DNA of 64,000 nt from Candidatus Latescibacterota bacterium (GTDB taxonomy: Bacteria > Latescibacterota > UBA2968): the NCBI GenBank assembly GCA_965204375.1, contig OZ241986.1, positions 576,001 through 640,000 on the forward strand, in the 5' to 3' direction. The notes beneath the pieces are model-generated. The model searched no databases. It was not told the DNA's origin and saw only the letters and a program-made list of their open reading frames with translations. Position numbers and translations under genes: made by a program. This document shows positions 29,496-39,880 of the stretch, piece by piece (the first letter of the stretch is position 1; each line of letters starts with the position of its first letter).

Positions 29496-29565
29496 TATTA
29501 AAAATTTAATACTTCGAAAATAAATATGGACAAAAAGAAAGAGAGTGTCAATTAAAAAATTAATA
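29496..29565 (-). promoter_or_regulatory. blaI promoter flanked by two operator-like palindromes
   Basis: TATTAAAAATTTAATA at 29496..29511 and AATTAAAAAATTAATA at 29550..29565; TTGACA on the minus strand at 29546..29551. Confidence 0.6.
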
Positions 29566-29776
29566 GTTCAACGTAAAAAGAGATAGACTGGAAGTAGCAA
29601 GCCTTGAGATCGATCAAAATGCCCGTGCGTTGCACACAAACAGAGACGCCCCCAGTCTCCGCCTTTAATCCGTGTCATCCTTTAATCCGTATCATCCGCG
29701 ATCCGCCTTTCATCTGGTTCATCTGCGAAAAACGCTCAAATTACTCGCGTTTTTTTCTGCGGATGCTTTTTGCCTC

Positions 29777-30757
29777 TCACTTGAACTTCAAGGGCTTGCC
29801 TTCGCGGGCGGATTGATAGACCGCTTCGAGGAGTGCTACTGTGCGGCGGCCTTCGCGTCCATCTACGGATAGGGGCGTTCCTCTGGTTACGGCATTTACC
29901 ACATCTTCGACAATGCTGTGGACGTTATTTTCGACGCTGTCGAGTTTTTCCTGAAGCCCTGTGCCGTAAACCGTCATTTCGCCATTTAAAACATCGTGTA
30001 GCAATATGCCGCCTTCTGTTCCGTGTACCTCGGCACTGAAATACACACTCTGGGGAAAGGTCGTGGTGCCCAGAATTGTGCCTTTTGCCCCGTTCTCAAA
30101 ATTCAGGATTGCCAGCCCGATGTCTTCGGTTTCAATCTCGTGATTTACTATGTCGATTTCACCGTACACGGAAACCGGGTCGCCCATAAACCAGCTCAAT
30201 ACGTCGAGCAGATGCGCGCCCTGGTTGGCCAATGAGCCACCGCCATCCATAGCCCACGTTCCGCGCCAACCATCGTCGTGCAAAAAATAGTCGTCAGATC
30301 GATACCACTTAAAACGCACTTCACCCAATATCATCTCGCCAAGCCAGCCTTCCCGAATCGCGGTTGCCACCTTGACATTGCCATCCACGTATCGGCTTTG
30401 ATAATCCACACCGCACAACACGCCGGCATCTTCACAAGCTGCAATGAGCCGATCACACGCTTCGGTGCTCACATCCATGGGCTTGGTGGTAATCACATGC
30501 TTGCCCGCTTTTGCCGCTTCAATTCCAACCTGGGCATGTTTGCCGCTTGGCGTCATCACCATCACGACATCCACATCATCTCGCGCAAACACATGTTCCA
30601 TATTTACAACACAATCTGTCTCCAATTCCTGTGCCACTTCCTCGGCCAGATCGCCGTGCAGATCGCACACGACCTTTAAATCTGCACCAGTAGTATCTTT
30701 AATCAGCCGCGCTCTGTTGCGCCCCATGCCCAGGCCAATAACGCCAAAACCAACCAT
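29777..30757 (-). CDS. Gfo/Idh/MocA oxidoreductase
   Basis: GVIGLG, TTKPM, DGGGSLANQGAH. Confidence 0.92.
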   Translation of the reverse strand: MVGFGVIGLGMGRNRARLIKDTTGADLKVVCDLHGDLAEEVAQELETDCVVNMEHVFARDDVDVVMVMTPSGKHAQVGIEAAKAGKHVITTKPMDVSTEACDRLIAACEDAGVLCGVDYQSRYVDGNVKVATAIREGWLGEMILGEVRFKWYRSDDYFLHDDGWRGTWAMDGGGSLANQGAHLLDVLSWFMGDPVSVYGEIDIVNHEIETEDIGLAILNFENGAKGTILGTTTFPQSVYFSAEVHGTEGGILLHDVLNGEMTVYGTGLQEKLDSVENNVHSIVEDVVNAVTRGTPLSVDGREGRRTVALLEAVYQSAREGKPLKFK

Positions 30758-30775
30758 ATTATCCTCCTATACTCT

Positions 30776-31783
30776 TTATGCACAATCGGGATGGCCTTCC
30801 GTCCACCGCCCGAAGGGAACATCGGTCTGTCCGGCCTGATTGATTTTCGACATTGCCTTTCGAGTGTCTAACCACATTTGGGTCCACACTTTTGCATCTC
30901 TCAATTCGCGCTCTGGATGTTTGCGGCTGCGCGCGACAAAGCCCGGAAATGCCTCGCGGCCAGTCGTCTGACCGATGGGGTTATAACGCAGATCAAAGCT
31001 CCAGCGGATGTTATCGCTCACATTGGGTAGCGATCCGTGTACTGTGCATTTGGGAAGAAAAATGACATCTCCCCGTTTGACCGGTAGCGGTATCATGCGT
31101 TCGGATTCAAATAGCGTTTCGGGTATTTGCCGTCCGCCCGCTGTTTTGGGTCCATTCCCAAAATACGATGGGCAATGTGTCAAAAGCCCGTTTTTGTGGC
31201 TGCCGGGCACGACTTTTAGAGGACCTTGTTCAATATCGACGTCTTCGAGTGCAAACCACACGGTCAACATATTTGTCTCATCTGCTTCTGGTACAACCAC
31301 GCCCTGATCCTGGTGCCAGATCGTTTCTCCCAAAATCGGATTTCCAAACTGGTTTTTGGGCAAAATATGCTCGGGCGGTTTAATCCGCACATGTTGAACG
31401 GGATTCGAGTATATTTCTGGACCGATGAGCGATTCCACACAATCGAGTAGGGATTCAGCCGTGAAGGCATTGAGAACAGCTTGTCCCGCCCAGAAAGGTG
31501 TGTCGGGCTTTACATTTTGAAATGGCAGCGAAAAATCGAAATACTGTTTGTGTACATCGCCTGTTTCAATACAGACTGCGATGAACCGCTCGGCAAAATC
31601 GAGGTCTTCGAACAAGGAAGAAATTTCTTCTCGTTCGTAAAGATCGCGCACTAAGGTGTCGAGTACATCTGTGTACTCTTCAATCACGGGATCCAACACG
31701 GTTTTTGGATCCAACACGCCCTCCACCACCAGATAGCCTTCTTCTTCAAACTGGGCGGTCTGCTCGGCAGTTAGGCAACCCAT
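30776..31783 (-). CDS. Phytanoyl-CoA dioxygenase (PhyH) family
   Basis: FEEEGYLVVEGVL, WHQD, VVPGSH, VHGSLPN, terminal Arg. Confidence 0.92.
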   Translation of the reverse strand: MGCLTAEQTAQFEEEGYLVVEGVLDPKTVLDPVIEEYTDVLDTLVRDLYEREEISSLFEDLDFAERFIAVCIETGDVHKQYFDFSLPFQNVKPDTPFWAGQAVLNAFTAESLLDCVESLIGPEIYSNPVQHVRIKPPEHILPKNQFGNPILGETIWHQDQGVVVPEADETNMLTVWFALEDVDIEQGPLKVVPGSHKNGLLTHCPSYFGNGPKTAGGRQIPETLFESERMIPLPVKRGDVIFLPKCTVHGSLPNVSDNIRWSFDLRYNPIGQTTGREAFPGFVARSRKHPERELRDAKVWTQMWLDTRKAMSKINQAGQTDVPFGRWTEGHPDCA

Positions 31784-31823
31784 GGTATTTCCTCCTTTTT
31801 GTGGGATGTTTAGCGATCAGTTT

Positions 31824-32759
31824 TTACTGTAAATCTATTTCGGAGCCCCAGGCGCTATTGTTCTGCTGTGAATTTTTCGGCAAAATCAGCGTTAGCGCAC
31901 TGGGCATAATTTCAAATACCAGTTCTTTTGGCCCTTTTTCAACTTCGCCATCAAATTGAAACCAATCGCTTTTCTCGCGCGTGATATGGACTTTTTGGGC
32001 TCGGAATATCTCGACGCCGGGCATTCGATCAAAAGTGCCATTAAAAAGTCGATAGGTATTCAACACCAGGCGGATCCACCCCGGATGCGTAAACACGCAT
32101 ATATCGAGAAGCCCATCATCTGGCATCGCTTGAGGGGCTATGGTTGCGCCGCCTCCAAAGTCCGGCATGTTAGCTATGACAACGAACAACGGCGTGCGCT
32201 CAATTTCACTGTCAGAATCCAATCTCAACCGCAATGTTTGAGGGCGATATGAGAGAAGCGACAGCGCAGTGAGCACCAGATAGGGCAAGAATCCGCGGCG
32301 TCCCGTCCGATTTGCATACCGATGGGCAACCACTGCATCTAAGCCAATGCCCGCCGTAGAAAAAAACAGGGCATTGCCCACGCGCCCCACATCGAGTTTT
32401 CTAATCTCTGGCTGAATAAAAGCGCGACAGGCTTTTGCCGGGTCAAAAGATAAATTTAACGCGCGCGCAAACGCATTGCCCGATCCAGCGGGCACCACTC
32501 CCAGGGGTATCTCTGTGCCGAGTAGCGCGCGTCCGACTTCGTTAATGGTGCCATCACCTCCAATGGCAACTACCAGGTCGAACCCCATTTCGGATGCGCT
32601 TGCCGCCAATTCTGTAGCGTGCCCCGCGTGCTGCGTTACTTCAAGGGTAAAATCCATTCCCGCTTTCTCACACTCGGCAATCACGCGAGATCGAATATTG
32701 CGTTTCACACCTGCATGCGGATTCGCAATGAAGAGTACGCGGGAAAATTGCACACTCAT
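31824..32759 (-). CDS. Diacylglycerol/lipid kinase family
   Basis: NPHAG, GGDGTINEV, PAGSGNAFA, DDGLLD, DGE. Confidence 0.93.
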   Translation of the reverse strand: MSVQFSRVLFIANPHAGVKRNIRSRVIAECEKAGMDFTLEVTQHAGHATELAASASEMGFDLVVAIGGDGTINEVGRALLGTEIPLGVVPAGSGNAFARALNLSFDPAKACRAFIQPEIRKLDVGRVGNALFFSTAGIGLDAVVAHRYANRTGRRGFLPYLVLTALSLLSYRPQTLRLRLDSDSEIERTPLFVVIANMPDFGGGATIAPQAMPDDGLLDICVFTHPGWIRLVLNTYRLFNGTFDRMPGVEIFRAQKVHITREKSDWFQFDGEVEKGPKELVFEIMPSALTLILPKNSQQNNSAWGSEIDLQ

Positions 32760-33343
32760 GTATGTAAAAAATCGACCAGGGTCTGACCGATATCCCTCAA
32801 AATTTTTGGCGAAGGCTGTGATACATCGATTTGTTGCACGATTTCTTTGGGATAATGCTCCAATACAGCAATTGTTTGGCGGTCGTACACATCGAATCTT
32901 TTGCGAATAATTTGTTCATTTGCGTCATCAATGCGGTATGCGACGAGCGCGCGTCCAAAGAGGCGTTTGATCAGTACATTGCGGTCTGGGCAATCCAATA
33001 CCATGATCAATTTTACGTTTAGGTCCTCATCGGCCATCTGAGCCTGGGCCAGTGTGCGCGGTAGGCCATCTAAAATCAATGTTTGTTCATCGGGCTTAAA
33101 GTCTTCAAAATCAGCCAGGCGCTGCATGCGTTCTCGCCACAGGGCTACGACAAATTCATCGGGCACCAGTTCGCCTTTGCGAATGCTCGTCAGAGCCATT
33201 TCCCCGGGCTGGCTATTGACGTCCAATGCCCTGAGCATATCGCCACTTGAAAAATGGTATAAACCTGGTATTTGTTTTAACACACTTCCCCAGGTGCCCT
33301 TGCCGGCACCGGGGGGGCCAAATAATAAGACAGTATCATACAT
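32756..33343 (-). CDS. Adenylate/nucleoside-monophosphate kinase, short LID
   Basis: GPPGAGKGT, SSGDMLR, GELVPD, LDGLPRT. Confidence 0.9.
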   Translation of the reverse strand: MYDTVLLFGPPGAGKGTWGSVLKQIPGLYHFSSGDMLRALDVNSQPGEMALTSIRKGELVPDEFVVALWRERMQRLADFEDFKPDEQTLILDGLPRTLAQAQMADEDLNVKLIMVLDCPDRNVLIKRLFGRALVAYRIDDANEQIIRKRFDVYDRQTIAVLEHYPKEIVQQIDVSQPSPKILRDIGQTLVDFLHT

Positions 33344-33397
33344 CGGTGCAACTCCCGTGATTGTTTTTTGACAGAATGGAAATGTGAATGTATTTTA

Positions 33398-33426
33398 GTA
33401 GGAGCGGGTTTCAAACCCGCTCCTAC
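33398..33426. repeat. GTAG-type REP-like palindrome
   Basis: GTAGGAGCGGGTTTCAAACCCGCTCCTAC. Confidence 0.78.
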
Positions 33427-33454
33427 GGATCACCGAACCTTATAGGAGAATATT

Positions 33455-34084
33455 ATGAACCTCGATCCCGCTGCCGTCTCGCTGAAAAAAAACGGCGATA
33501 AAATCGAAGCTCTTATCCACGGAGAGACCACATTCGTCGATCGTCTTGCCCGCGCGTTTCCCCACAGTAATCCCGATCAATTTGTCAGCTTGATGGATGA
33601 ATTGGGACACGAAATTGGCATTATTGAAAATCCAAAAAAACTCGACAATGCTTCGCGCAATTTGCTCGAAGCCGAACTCAAAGCCATCTACTTTGTCCCG
33701 ACTATCAGCGCTATAACTTCCGTCGTATCCAAAGGTACGGGCAGTCAGTGGACTGTTGATACCGATGATGGCGAATATACTTTCCGCATTTTGGGCCGAG
33801 ACGCACTCAAGGGCAATGAACCGCCTACAGTTGAAATTACGGATGAACACGGCAAGCGATACAGAATTGACAATTACTGGGATCTCGATGCCGAAAGCCG
33901 AGATCTGACCTCTGACCTGTTGCCCGATAAAGTTGTCAAGGCGCGCTATTACACCCGATCGATCTCGAGTAGTGGAAGAGGCAGAGGCAGAGGTTCGAGC
34001 AGTCGCGGGAGTAGTAGCGGTGGCGGTGGTGGCAGTGGTAGCGGTGGTGGCAGTGGCATGGGCGGATCGATTGGCATACGGTGA
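33455..34084 (+). CDS. DUF1854-like protein with Gly/Ser/Arg-rich tail
   Basis: RAFP...EIGII...YFVPTI...WTVDTDDG...ITDEHGKRYRI. Confidence 0.75.
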   Translation: MNLDPAAVSLKKNGDKIEALIHGETTFVDRLARAFPHSNPDQFVSLMDELGHEIGIIENPKKLDNASRNLLEAELKAIYFVPTISAITSVVSKGTGSQWTVDTDDGEYTFRILGRDALKGNEPPTVEITDEHGKRYRIDNYWDLDAESRDLTSDLLPDKVVKARYYTRSISSSGRGRGRGSSSRGSSSGGGGGSGSGGGSGMGGSIGIR

Positions 34085-34088
34085 TCCG

Positions 34089-35258
34089 CTACCGCACTCC
34101 CAGCATCAATTCGGCCAGCAACTGATCCAGGCGCTCATAGCCCAATCCAATGCGCCCCATTGCATCGATGTCAAATTGCACTTGTTTGAGTGCCAGCGAT
34201 TTTTCCGGGCTGTATTTGCCCAGATGCTGTTCGTATTCGGGGTTCTGGTTTCCAATTTCTTGTAAAATTCCCTGAATTTCGGCGTCTGCTTCAAATTGAG
34301 CCGCTTTTTCCCTTAAGATATTGTACGTACGCATACACCCTGCGGCAAAATCCCATACCCCTTCTTCGTCTTCTGTGCGAAATGCGTGTGCGTCGAAGTG
34401 TCTCGGTCCCGTATAACCGTTGTTTTCGAGCAAGCGCACGAGCAAAAAGGCACTTTTGTAATCCTCTGAGCCAAATCGAAAGTCCTGATCATAGCGACCA
34501 AAACGCTGGTCGTTTAAGTCGATATGGAAGAGTTTGCCCGCCTCGAATGCTTGCGCCACGCCGTGGTGGAAATTTAACCCCGCCATGTGTTCGTGTGCAA
34601 CTTCCGGGTTGACGCCCACCATCTCGGGGTAATCCAGCGTTTCGATAAACGCCAGATAATGCCCGGTTGTGGGAAAGTACATATCGGCACGCGGTTCATT
34701 GGGTTTGGCTTCGAGTGCGAAATTCAAATCGTATTTCTGGTCGCGCACGTAATCGCACAAATAATTTAAGCCATCTCGATAGCGTTTGAGAGCGTCGATG
34801 GGATCTTTAGCCACGTTGCATTCGGCGCCTTCGCGTCCGCCCCAAAATACATAGGTTTTTGCACCCAATTCGACGCCTAAATCAATGGCTTGCATAATTT
34901 TTTGCAAGCCATAAGCGCGAATTTTGGGATCGTTGGACGTAAAACCCCCATCCTTGAATACGGGATGAGAAAATGTGTTGGTGGTTGCCATGGGTACGAC
35001 CATGCCATAATCTTTTAGTGCGTTTTTGAAGTCGCTTACAATTTTATCGCGCTGTTGTGATGTGGCATCAATCGGCACGAGATCGTTATCGTGCAGGTTA
35101 ATGCCCCACGCGCCCAGTTCGCTCAAGCGTTGCACAATCCGCTCGGGCGCAAGCGGTTGGCGTGTTGGGTCGCCAAAGGGATCGCGTCCGGGATTTCCCA
35201 CTGTCCACAAACCAAATGAAAATTTATCTTCTTTTTTGGGCATGTATGCATCGGCCAT
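34089..35258 (-). CDS. xylA: Xylose isomerase (class I, short type)
   Basis: [40 protein letters not shown]. Confidence 0.96.
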   Translation of the reverse strand: MADAYMPKKEDKFSFGLWTVGNPGRDPFGDPTRQPLAPERIVQRLSELGAWGINLHDNDLVPIDATSQQRDKIVSDFKNALKDYGMVVPMATTNTFSHPVFKDGGFTSNDPKIRAYGLQKIMQAIDLGVELGAKTYVFWGGREGAECNVAKDPIDALKRYRDGLNYLCDYVRDQKYDLNFALEAKPNEPRADMYFPTTGHYLAFIETLDYPEMVGVNPEVAHEHMAGLNFHHGVAQAFEAGKLFHIDLNDQRFGRYDQDFRFGSEDYKSAFLLVRLLENNGYTGPRHFDAHAFRTEDEEGVWDFAAGCMRTYNILREKAAQFEADAEIQGILQEIGNQNPEYEQHLGKYSPEKSLALKQVQFDIDAMGRIGLGYERLDQLLAELMLGVR

Positions 35259-35396
35259 TGGATCTCCTCAAATACATTGAAATGTGATAAGGTTATATAG
35301 CCCGTTGAGGGCGAGGCTGTAAATATCCGGTGTGCAAAATATCATGGTGCAGTCTGACTGTCAATGGACATTTCCACAACTCATCGGGAGCACAAA

Positions 35397-36632
35397 ATGA
35401 TTATTCGCGATCCCGTTCACGGCGATATGTCGTTTAATGAATCCGAACGCCGGGTTATGGATACGCGGCAAATGCAACGCCTGCGCGGCGTGCGCCAAAC
35501 AGGATCGGCATATCTGGTCTATCCGGGCTGTGTACACACGCGTTTTGAACACTCGCTGGGGACAACGGCGATGTCGCGGTGCGTGCTCGATGTCTTGAGA
35601 CGCGGTGGCGCGCAAATCGAACCCGAACAAGCCGATGCGGTCGCATTGGCCGCGCTGGTTCACGATATTTCGCACTTGCCTTTTGGACATACGTTTGAAG
35701 ATGAACGCAAGCTCTTTCCCCGCCACGACACAGCCGCCCGCATGAAATATTTCTTATCGGAAACAGAAATCGCGCAAGCACTCGATGCTTCGGGCCTGCG
35801 CGATACAGTGGTTTCTCTGCTTACGGACAAATCGTTTTCACCGGCGTGGATGCAGCAGATCGTGTCCAGCACCATCGATGCCGACTTGCTCGATTATTTG
35901 CGTCGCGATGCGTATTTTGCAGGCCTGCGCCAGGATTATGATGACCGAATTTTTAGCACCTTTATGCTTGCTGATGAAAATCTTGCGATTGATGTGACCC
36001 GTCTCAGTACGCGCACCGAGTTGCTGCATTTGCTGCGGTTGCGCTATTTTCTCACCGAGCGCGTTTATTATCACCACGCCAAAGTATCATCGGGGGCTAT
36101 GATTGCCAAAGCCGTCGAGATCGCCACGGAACACGGTCTTGTTGAGACCGATCTCTATACCCTGACGGATGACGCTCTGTTTCGCCATTTGCTCGGCTAT
36201 GAAGACCCGCGTATTGACCGTTTGATCAATGGCGTTTGCGAACGGCGTTTGCTCAAACGCGCCTATATGATTTCGACTGCCGAAGTGGGGCGTCGAGGGC
36301 GCGATGAGTTGATCGCCACTTACAATCGATCTGTCGAGAGTAGGCAGCAGATTGAGCGACAAATCGCCGATGCTGTGACCATCAACCCCGATCAGGTTAT
36401 TCTCTATTGTCCAGATATCTCGGCTATTAAAGAAGCGCGCGTGCGCGTTGTTACGCGCAATGGCTTGAGCCGCCTGAACGATCCGCCAGACAATCCGCCT
36501 TTTGATGTAAAGGTCGTGGAAGATCAGTATGAACGGCTCTGGAAATTCTACATTTTTGCTCCCGAAGGTTATAGAGAGCGCGTTGGAAAAGTTTGTGAGC
36601 GCGTATTTGGCGAATCAAATGCGCTGGTATAA
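35397..36632 (+). CDS. HD-domain phosphohydrolase (dNTP triphosphohydrolase-like)
   Basis: IRDPVHG, QRLR..Q, HTRFEHSLG, HDISH, DADLLDYLRRD. Confidence 0.9.
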   Translation: MIIRDPVHGDMSFNESERRVMDTRQMQRLRGVRQTGSAYLVYPGCVHTRFEHSLGTTAMSRCVLDVLRRGGAQIEPEQADAVALAALVHDISHLPFGHTFEDERKLFPRHDTAARMKYFLSETEIAQALDASGLRDTVVSLLTDKSFSPAWMQQIVSSTIDADLLDYLRRDAYFAGLRQDYDDRIFSTFMLADENLAIDVTRLSTRTELLHLLRLRYFLTERVYYHHAKVSSGAMIAKAVEIATEHGLVETDLYTLTDDALFRHLLGYEDPRIDRLINGVCERRLLKRAYMISTAEVGRRGRDELIATYNRSVESRQQIERQIADAVTINPDQVILYCPDISAIKEARVRVVTRNGLSRLNDPPDNPPFDVKVVEDQYERLWKFYIFAPEGYRERVGKVCERVFGESNALV

Positions 36633-36638
36633 AGATCT

Positions 36639-37145
36639 TTATTGGGGCCGTTGTGATCGGTGTTTGACGCGGTCAAATAACGGCATATCTGCTCGTCCTG
36701 CGCCCTCCATCTTCTTGTGACATGAAGGGCACAGGCTGATTAGATTGCTCAGTTGGTTGGCCTCTTTTGGCGAGTCGAAGAGCCGGTACGGTATTTTGTG
36801 GTGTACATCCATCTGCCGTCCGAGTGCGTCTTCTGTAATCCCGCAAGAGGCGCAACAAAATCCATCGCGTGCGCGCGCCTTGTCTGCCTGAATTTTCCAA
36901 TTTCCCCCGCGATACTCTGGGCGACCTTCCAGTACGAGTTCAAAATCCTCTTCAGATTCCCAATGGGTTCTGCACTCGTTGCTGCAAAATTGGGAGCGGA
37001 TGCCCTTTTCAATATACCAGCGCGGCTGGGCAAATCGCTTGTCGCATTGCATACATCGCACGGTGATATTGTCTTCGCGCCGAACTTTTTGTTCTTCCTC
37101 AAACGACAGACGCATTTGCTGCGATGTTAAATGCTTTTTGTTCAT
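36639..37145 (-). CDS. HNH endonuclease with N-terminal Zn finger
   Basis: CMQC...FCSNEC; RDGFCCASCG...DVHHK...NLISLCPSCH. Confidence 0.85.
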   Translation of the reverse strand: MNKKHLTSQQMRLSFEEEQKVRREDNITVRCMQCDKRFAQPRWYIEKGIRSQFCSNECRTHWESEEDFELVLEGRPEYRGGNWKIQADKARARDGFCCASCGITEDALGRQMDVHHKIPYRLFDSPKEANQLSNLISLCPSCHKKMEGAGRADMPLFDRVKHRSQRPQ

Positions 37146-37315
37146 CGTTTTAAACCTCACACATCAATAGCGCACTCACAACCCAAATATAGGTTGGAAT
37201 AAATTACAAGTCCATAGAATGTTGTGTAGAGGTATTGTGCTTCAACGTAAAGATTGGATATTGTATCTGAAATTTATTATAATTATCCGCACTTATACCT
37301 GAATAGGAGAACCCC

Positions 37316-37381
37316 ATGTTTAAGAATTATTTCAAAATCGCGGTCCGCAATTTTAATGAGGATAAACAATGGAATCCCTGA
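37316..37381 (+). pseudogene. N-terminal stub of a MacB/FtsX-like ABC permease
   Basis: AGGAG RBS then MFKNYFKIAVRNF; sequence diverges afterwards and stops at codon 22. Confidence 0.55.
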
Positions 37382-38145
37382 CTTTGCTTTCGGGCCATTC
37401 AATGCCTGTTGTTGGCCTGGGTACCTGGCCGATGAGAGGCGATCAATGCAAAGAGGTTATCAAACAGGCTCTTGAATTGGGCTATACGCATTTCGACACT
37501 GCTTGGATATACCAGAATCAGCGCGAAATCGGCGAAGCCCTCCGAGAGGTAGGTGCTGACCGTTCGCAACTTTTCATTACTTCTAAAGTCGGCAGAGATT
37601 ATCTGCAATATGACGTCGCGATAGAACAAGCCGACGAGATTCTCCAGCTTCTCCAGATGGACTACGTGGATCTGCTGCTCGTCCACTGGCCCAATGAGGC
37701 CGTGCCTATGGAAGGCTACATTCGCGCCTTCAACGAGTTTTTCGATGCGGGAAAAGCGAGAAGTATTGGGGTTAGCAACTTTTCGGTCGAGCAAATGGAA
37801 CGCGCCCGTTCTCTCTCGACTGCACCTATCAGTGTCAATCAGATCAAATACCATCCTGGTTATGAACAACGAGATGTTCTGCAATGGTGCCTGGAAAACG
37901 ATGTGGTGGTGACTGCGTATTCCCCTCTGGGAAAGAAGGATGTTCTTCGGGACCCCGTCCTGCTGGATATTGCCCGCGTCCACGATAAGACCTCTGCACA
38001 CGTCGCTCTCAAGTGGTTGATGCAAAAAGGCATGATCGTTATTCCCAAAGCGAGTTCCAGAGAACATCTCCAGGCGAATCTCGATGTTTTTGACTGGTCC
38101 CTATCTGAAAGCGAGATGCATTCCATTGACCTCATAGCGGGGTAA
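37369..38145 (+). CDS. Aldo/keto reductase
   Basis: GLGTW, DTAWIY, LVHWP, IGVSNF, AYSPLG, IPK. Confidence 0.95.
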   Translation: MESLTLLSGHSMPVVGLGTWPMRGDQCKEVIKQALELGYTHFDTAWIYQNQREIGEALREVGADRSQLFITSKVGRDYLQYDVAIEQADEILQLLQMDYVDLLLVHWPNEAVPMEGYIRAFNEFFDAGKARSIGVSNFSVEQMERARSLSTAPISVNQIKYHPGYEQRDVLQWCLENDVVVTAYSPLGKKDVLRDPVLLDIARVHDKTSAHVALKWLMQKGMIVIPKASSREHLQANLDVFDWSLSESEMHSIDLIAG

Positions 38146-38150
38146 ACGAA

Positions 38151-39785
38151 ATGAATGAGAAAAGCAGGCCCAATGTCGTTCTTATCATTACGGACGATCA
38201 GGGGTACGGAACTGTGGGGGTACACGGGAATGACCAGGTCAGGACGCCATATATGGATCGTTTGGCCAATGAAGGGGTGGCGTTTGACCGGTTCTACGGG
38301 CATCCGCTTTGTTCGCCTTCTCGAGCCGCATTGATGACCGGGCGGTATTTCTATCGAACCGGAATTCTACATACGTCCCGAGGGGGTGCATTAATGTCGG
38401 GCGATGAGATCACTGCCGCCGAGCTGTTTCGAGATGCCGGGTACCGCACCGGGATTTTTGGGAAGTGGCATCTCGGTGACAATTACCCAATGAGGCCCAT
38501 GGACCAGGGATTTGAGAAAGCCGTGTGGCACAAAGGTGGAGGGATCGGGCAGCCCCCCGTAAGGCCAAACAGCTACTTTAACGCACTTCTGTGGCGAGAA
38601 GGGGAAGAATTCCAGGCGAAAGGGTACTGCACGGATGTCTTCTTTGACGAGGCTCTCGCGTTTATCGAGGAAAATCAAAGCGAGCCTTTTTTCATCTATA
38701 TTCCGACGAACGCGCCGCACAATCCTCTCGAGATCAGTGACGACTATGCGGATCCCTATCGCGAGATGGGTCTGGATGACAGCGTCGCACGAATCTATGG
38801 GATGGTCGAGAATATCGATGACAATATTGGGCGACTCCTGGAACTACTGGAACGCCTCGGTCTGGATGAGGATACAATAATCATCTTTACGTCCGACCAC
38901 GGCCCCGCGGGCGGCAGGTACAATGCCGGACTCAGATCTACAAAAGGAGACGTGTATGAAGGCGGGATTCGAGTTCCGTATTTCATGAGGTGGCCGAAAG
39001 GGATGCCGGCTGGTTTCAAAACCGATAAGATTGCCTCACATATCGATGTTCTGCCCACTTTGTTGTCGCTTTGTAACGTGGATTCTCCCTCTGATCTCAG
39101 GGTGGATGGCGTGGATCTGACGCCCCTGATTCGAGGTCAGGGAGTGGAATGGCTCGATCGCACACTTTTCATTCAGACACACCGGGGGAGCCGCCCGCGA
39201 CAGTACCACAACTGTGCGGCGATCACCCAACGCTACAAGTGGTTAGGTTATCCCAGTACTGGCGGACAATGGGATTTTGAGACTTCTTCGACAGACCCTG
39301 TGATGGAGCTGTACGATCTCGAAGACGACCCTGGCGAAGAGAAAGAGATAGGTGGGCAGATGCCCGATCTCATAGCGCAGATGAAGAGAGACTACGACGT
39401 CTGGTTCGACGATGTGGCTTCGGATTGGCAGGCGGGGGTCATTCACATTGGGAATTCGGCCGAGAATCCTCTCACGTTGTGTCGCTATCAGGATTCAGAA
39501 TACATGTCCGAACTGCCACACGGCTGGCGTGTGAAGATCGAACAGAGCGGAACCTATGAGTTTCGAATCAACCGTGAGTCGCTAAATGGCACGGGTGCCC
39601 TCGGGGTTCAGTGGCAGGGGAATACTCAGAGAAACCCACTGGCTGCGGGAGAGAATACAGGACGATTCGAGCTTGAAGCGGGGGACGGCAAACTGGAGAT
39701 TTGGTTCGAGCTTGAAGACATAGGCCGCGTGACGTTTTCAAGCAATTTGACGATTGGGGATGTGGAGGTGGATTACCTGGGGTAG
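38151..39785 (+). CDS. Arylsulfatase-family sulfatase
   Basis: TDDQG, CSPSRAALMTGR, GKWHLG. Confidence 0.95.
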   Translation: MNEKSRPNVVLIITDDQGYGTVGVHGNDQVRTPYMDRLANEGVAFDRFYGHPLCSPSRAALMTGRYFYRTGILHTSRGGALMSGDEITAAELFRDAGYRTGIFGKWHLGDNYPMRPMDQGFEKAVWHKGGGIGQPPVRPNSYFNALLWREGEEFQAKGYCTDVFFDEALAFIEENQSEPFFIYIPTNAPHNPLEISDDYADPYREMGLDDSVARIYGMVENIDDNIGRLLELLERLGLDEDTIIIFTSDHGPAGGRYNAGLRSTKGDVYEGGIRVPYFMRWPKGMPAGFKTDKIASHIDVLPTLLSLCNVDSPSDLRVDGVDLTPLIRGQGVEWLDRTLFIQTHRGSRPRQYHNCAAITQRYKWLGYPSTGGQWDFETSSTDPVMELYDLEDDPGEEKEIGGQMPDLIAQMKRDYDVWFDDVASDWQAGVIHIGNSAENPLTLCRYQDSEYMSELPHGWRVKIEQSGTYEFRINRESLNGTGALGVQWQGNTQRNPLAAGENTGRFELEAGDGKLEIWFELEDIGRVTFSSNLTIGDVEVDYLG

Positions 39786-39880
39786 AGGCAAAACAGTGCG
39801 GAGTTGGCTGCCATCGAATCACGGTGAAATAAGGTACGGGAGATGTGTTGGGATTAACATTGAGGAAGGAGGATGGAGAG

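Noticed and set aside
29655-29730. Short atccg/atctg-rich repeats
   Set aside because: Low-complexity intergenic motif seen once; no function can be supported
35397-37145. HD dNTPase plus HNH as a defence pair
   Set aside because: The genes are convergent, show host-like composition and give no operon evidence
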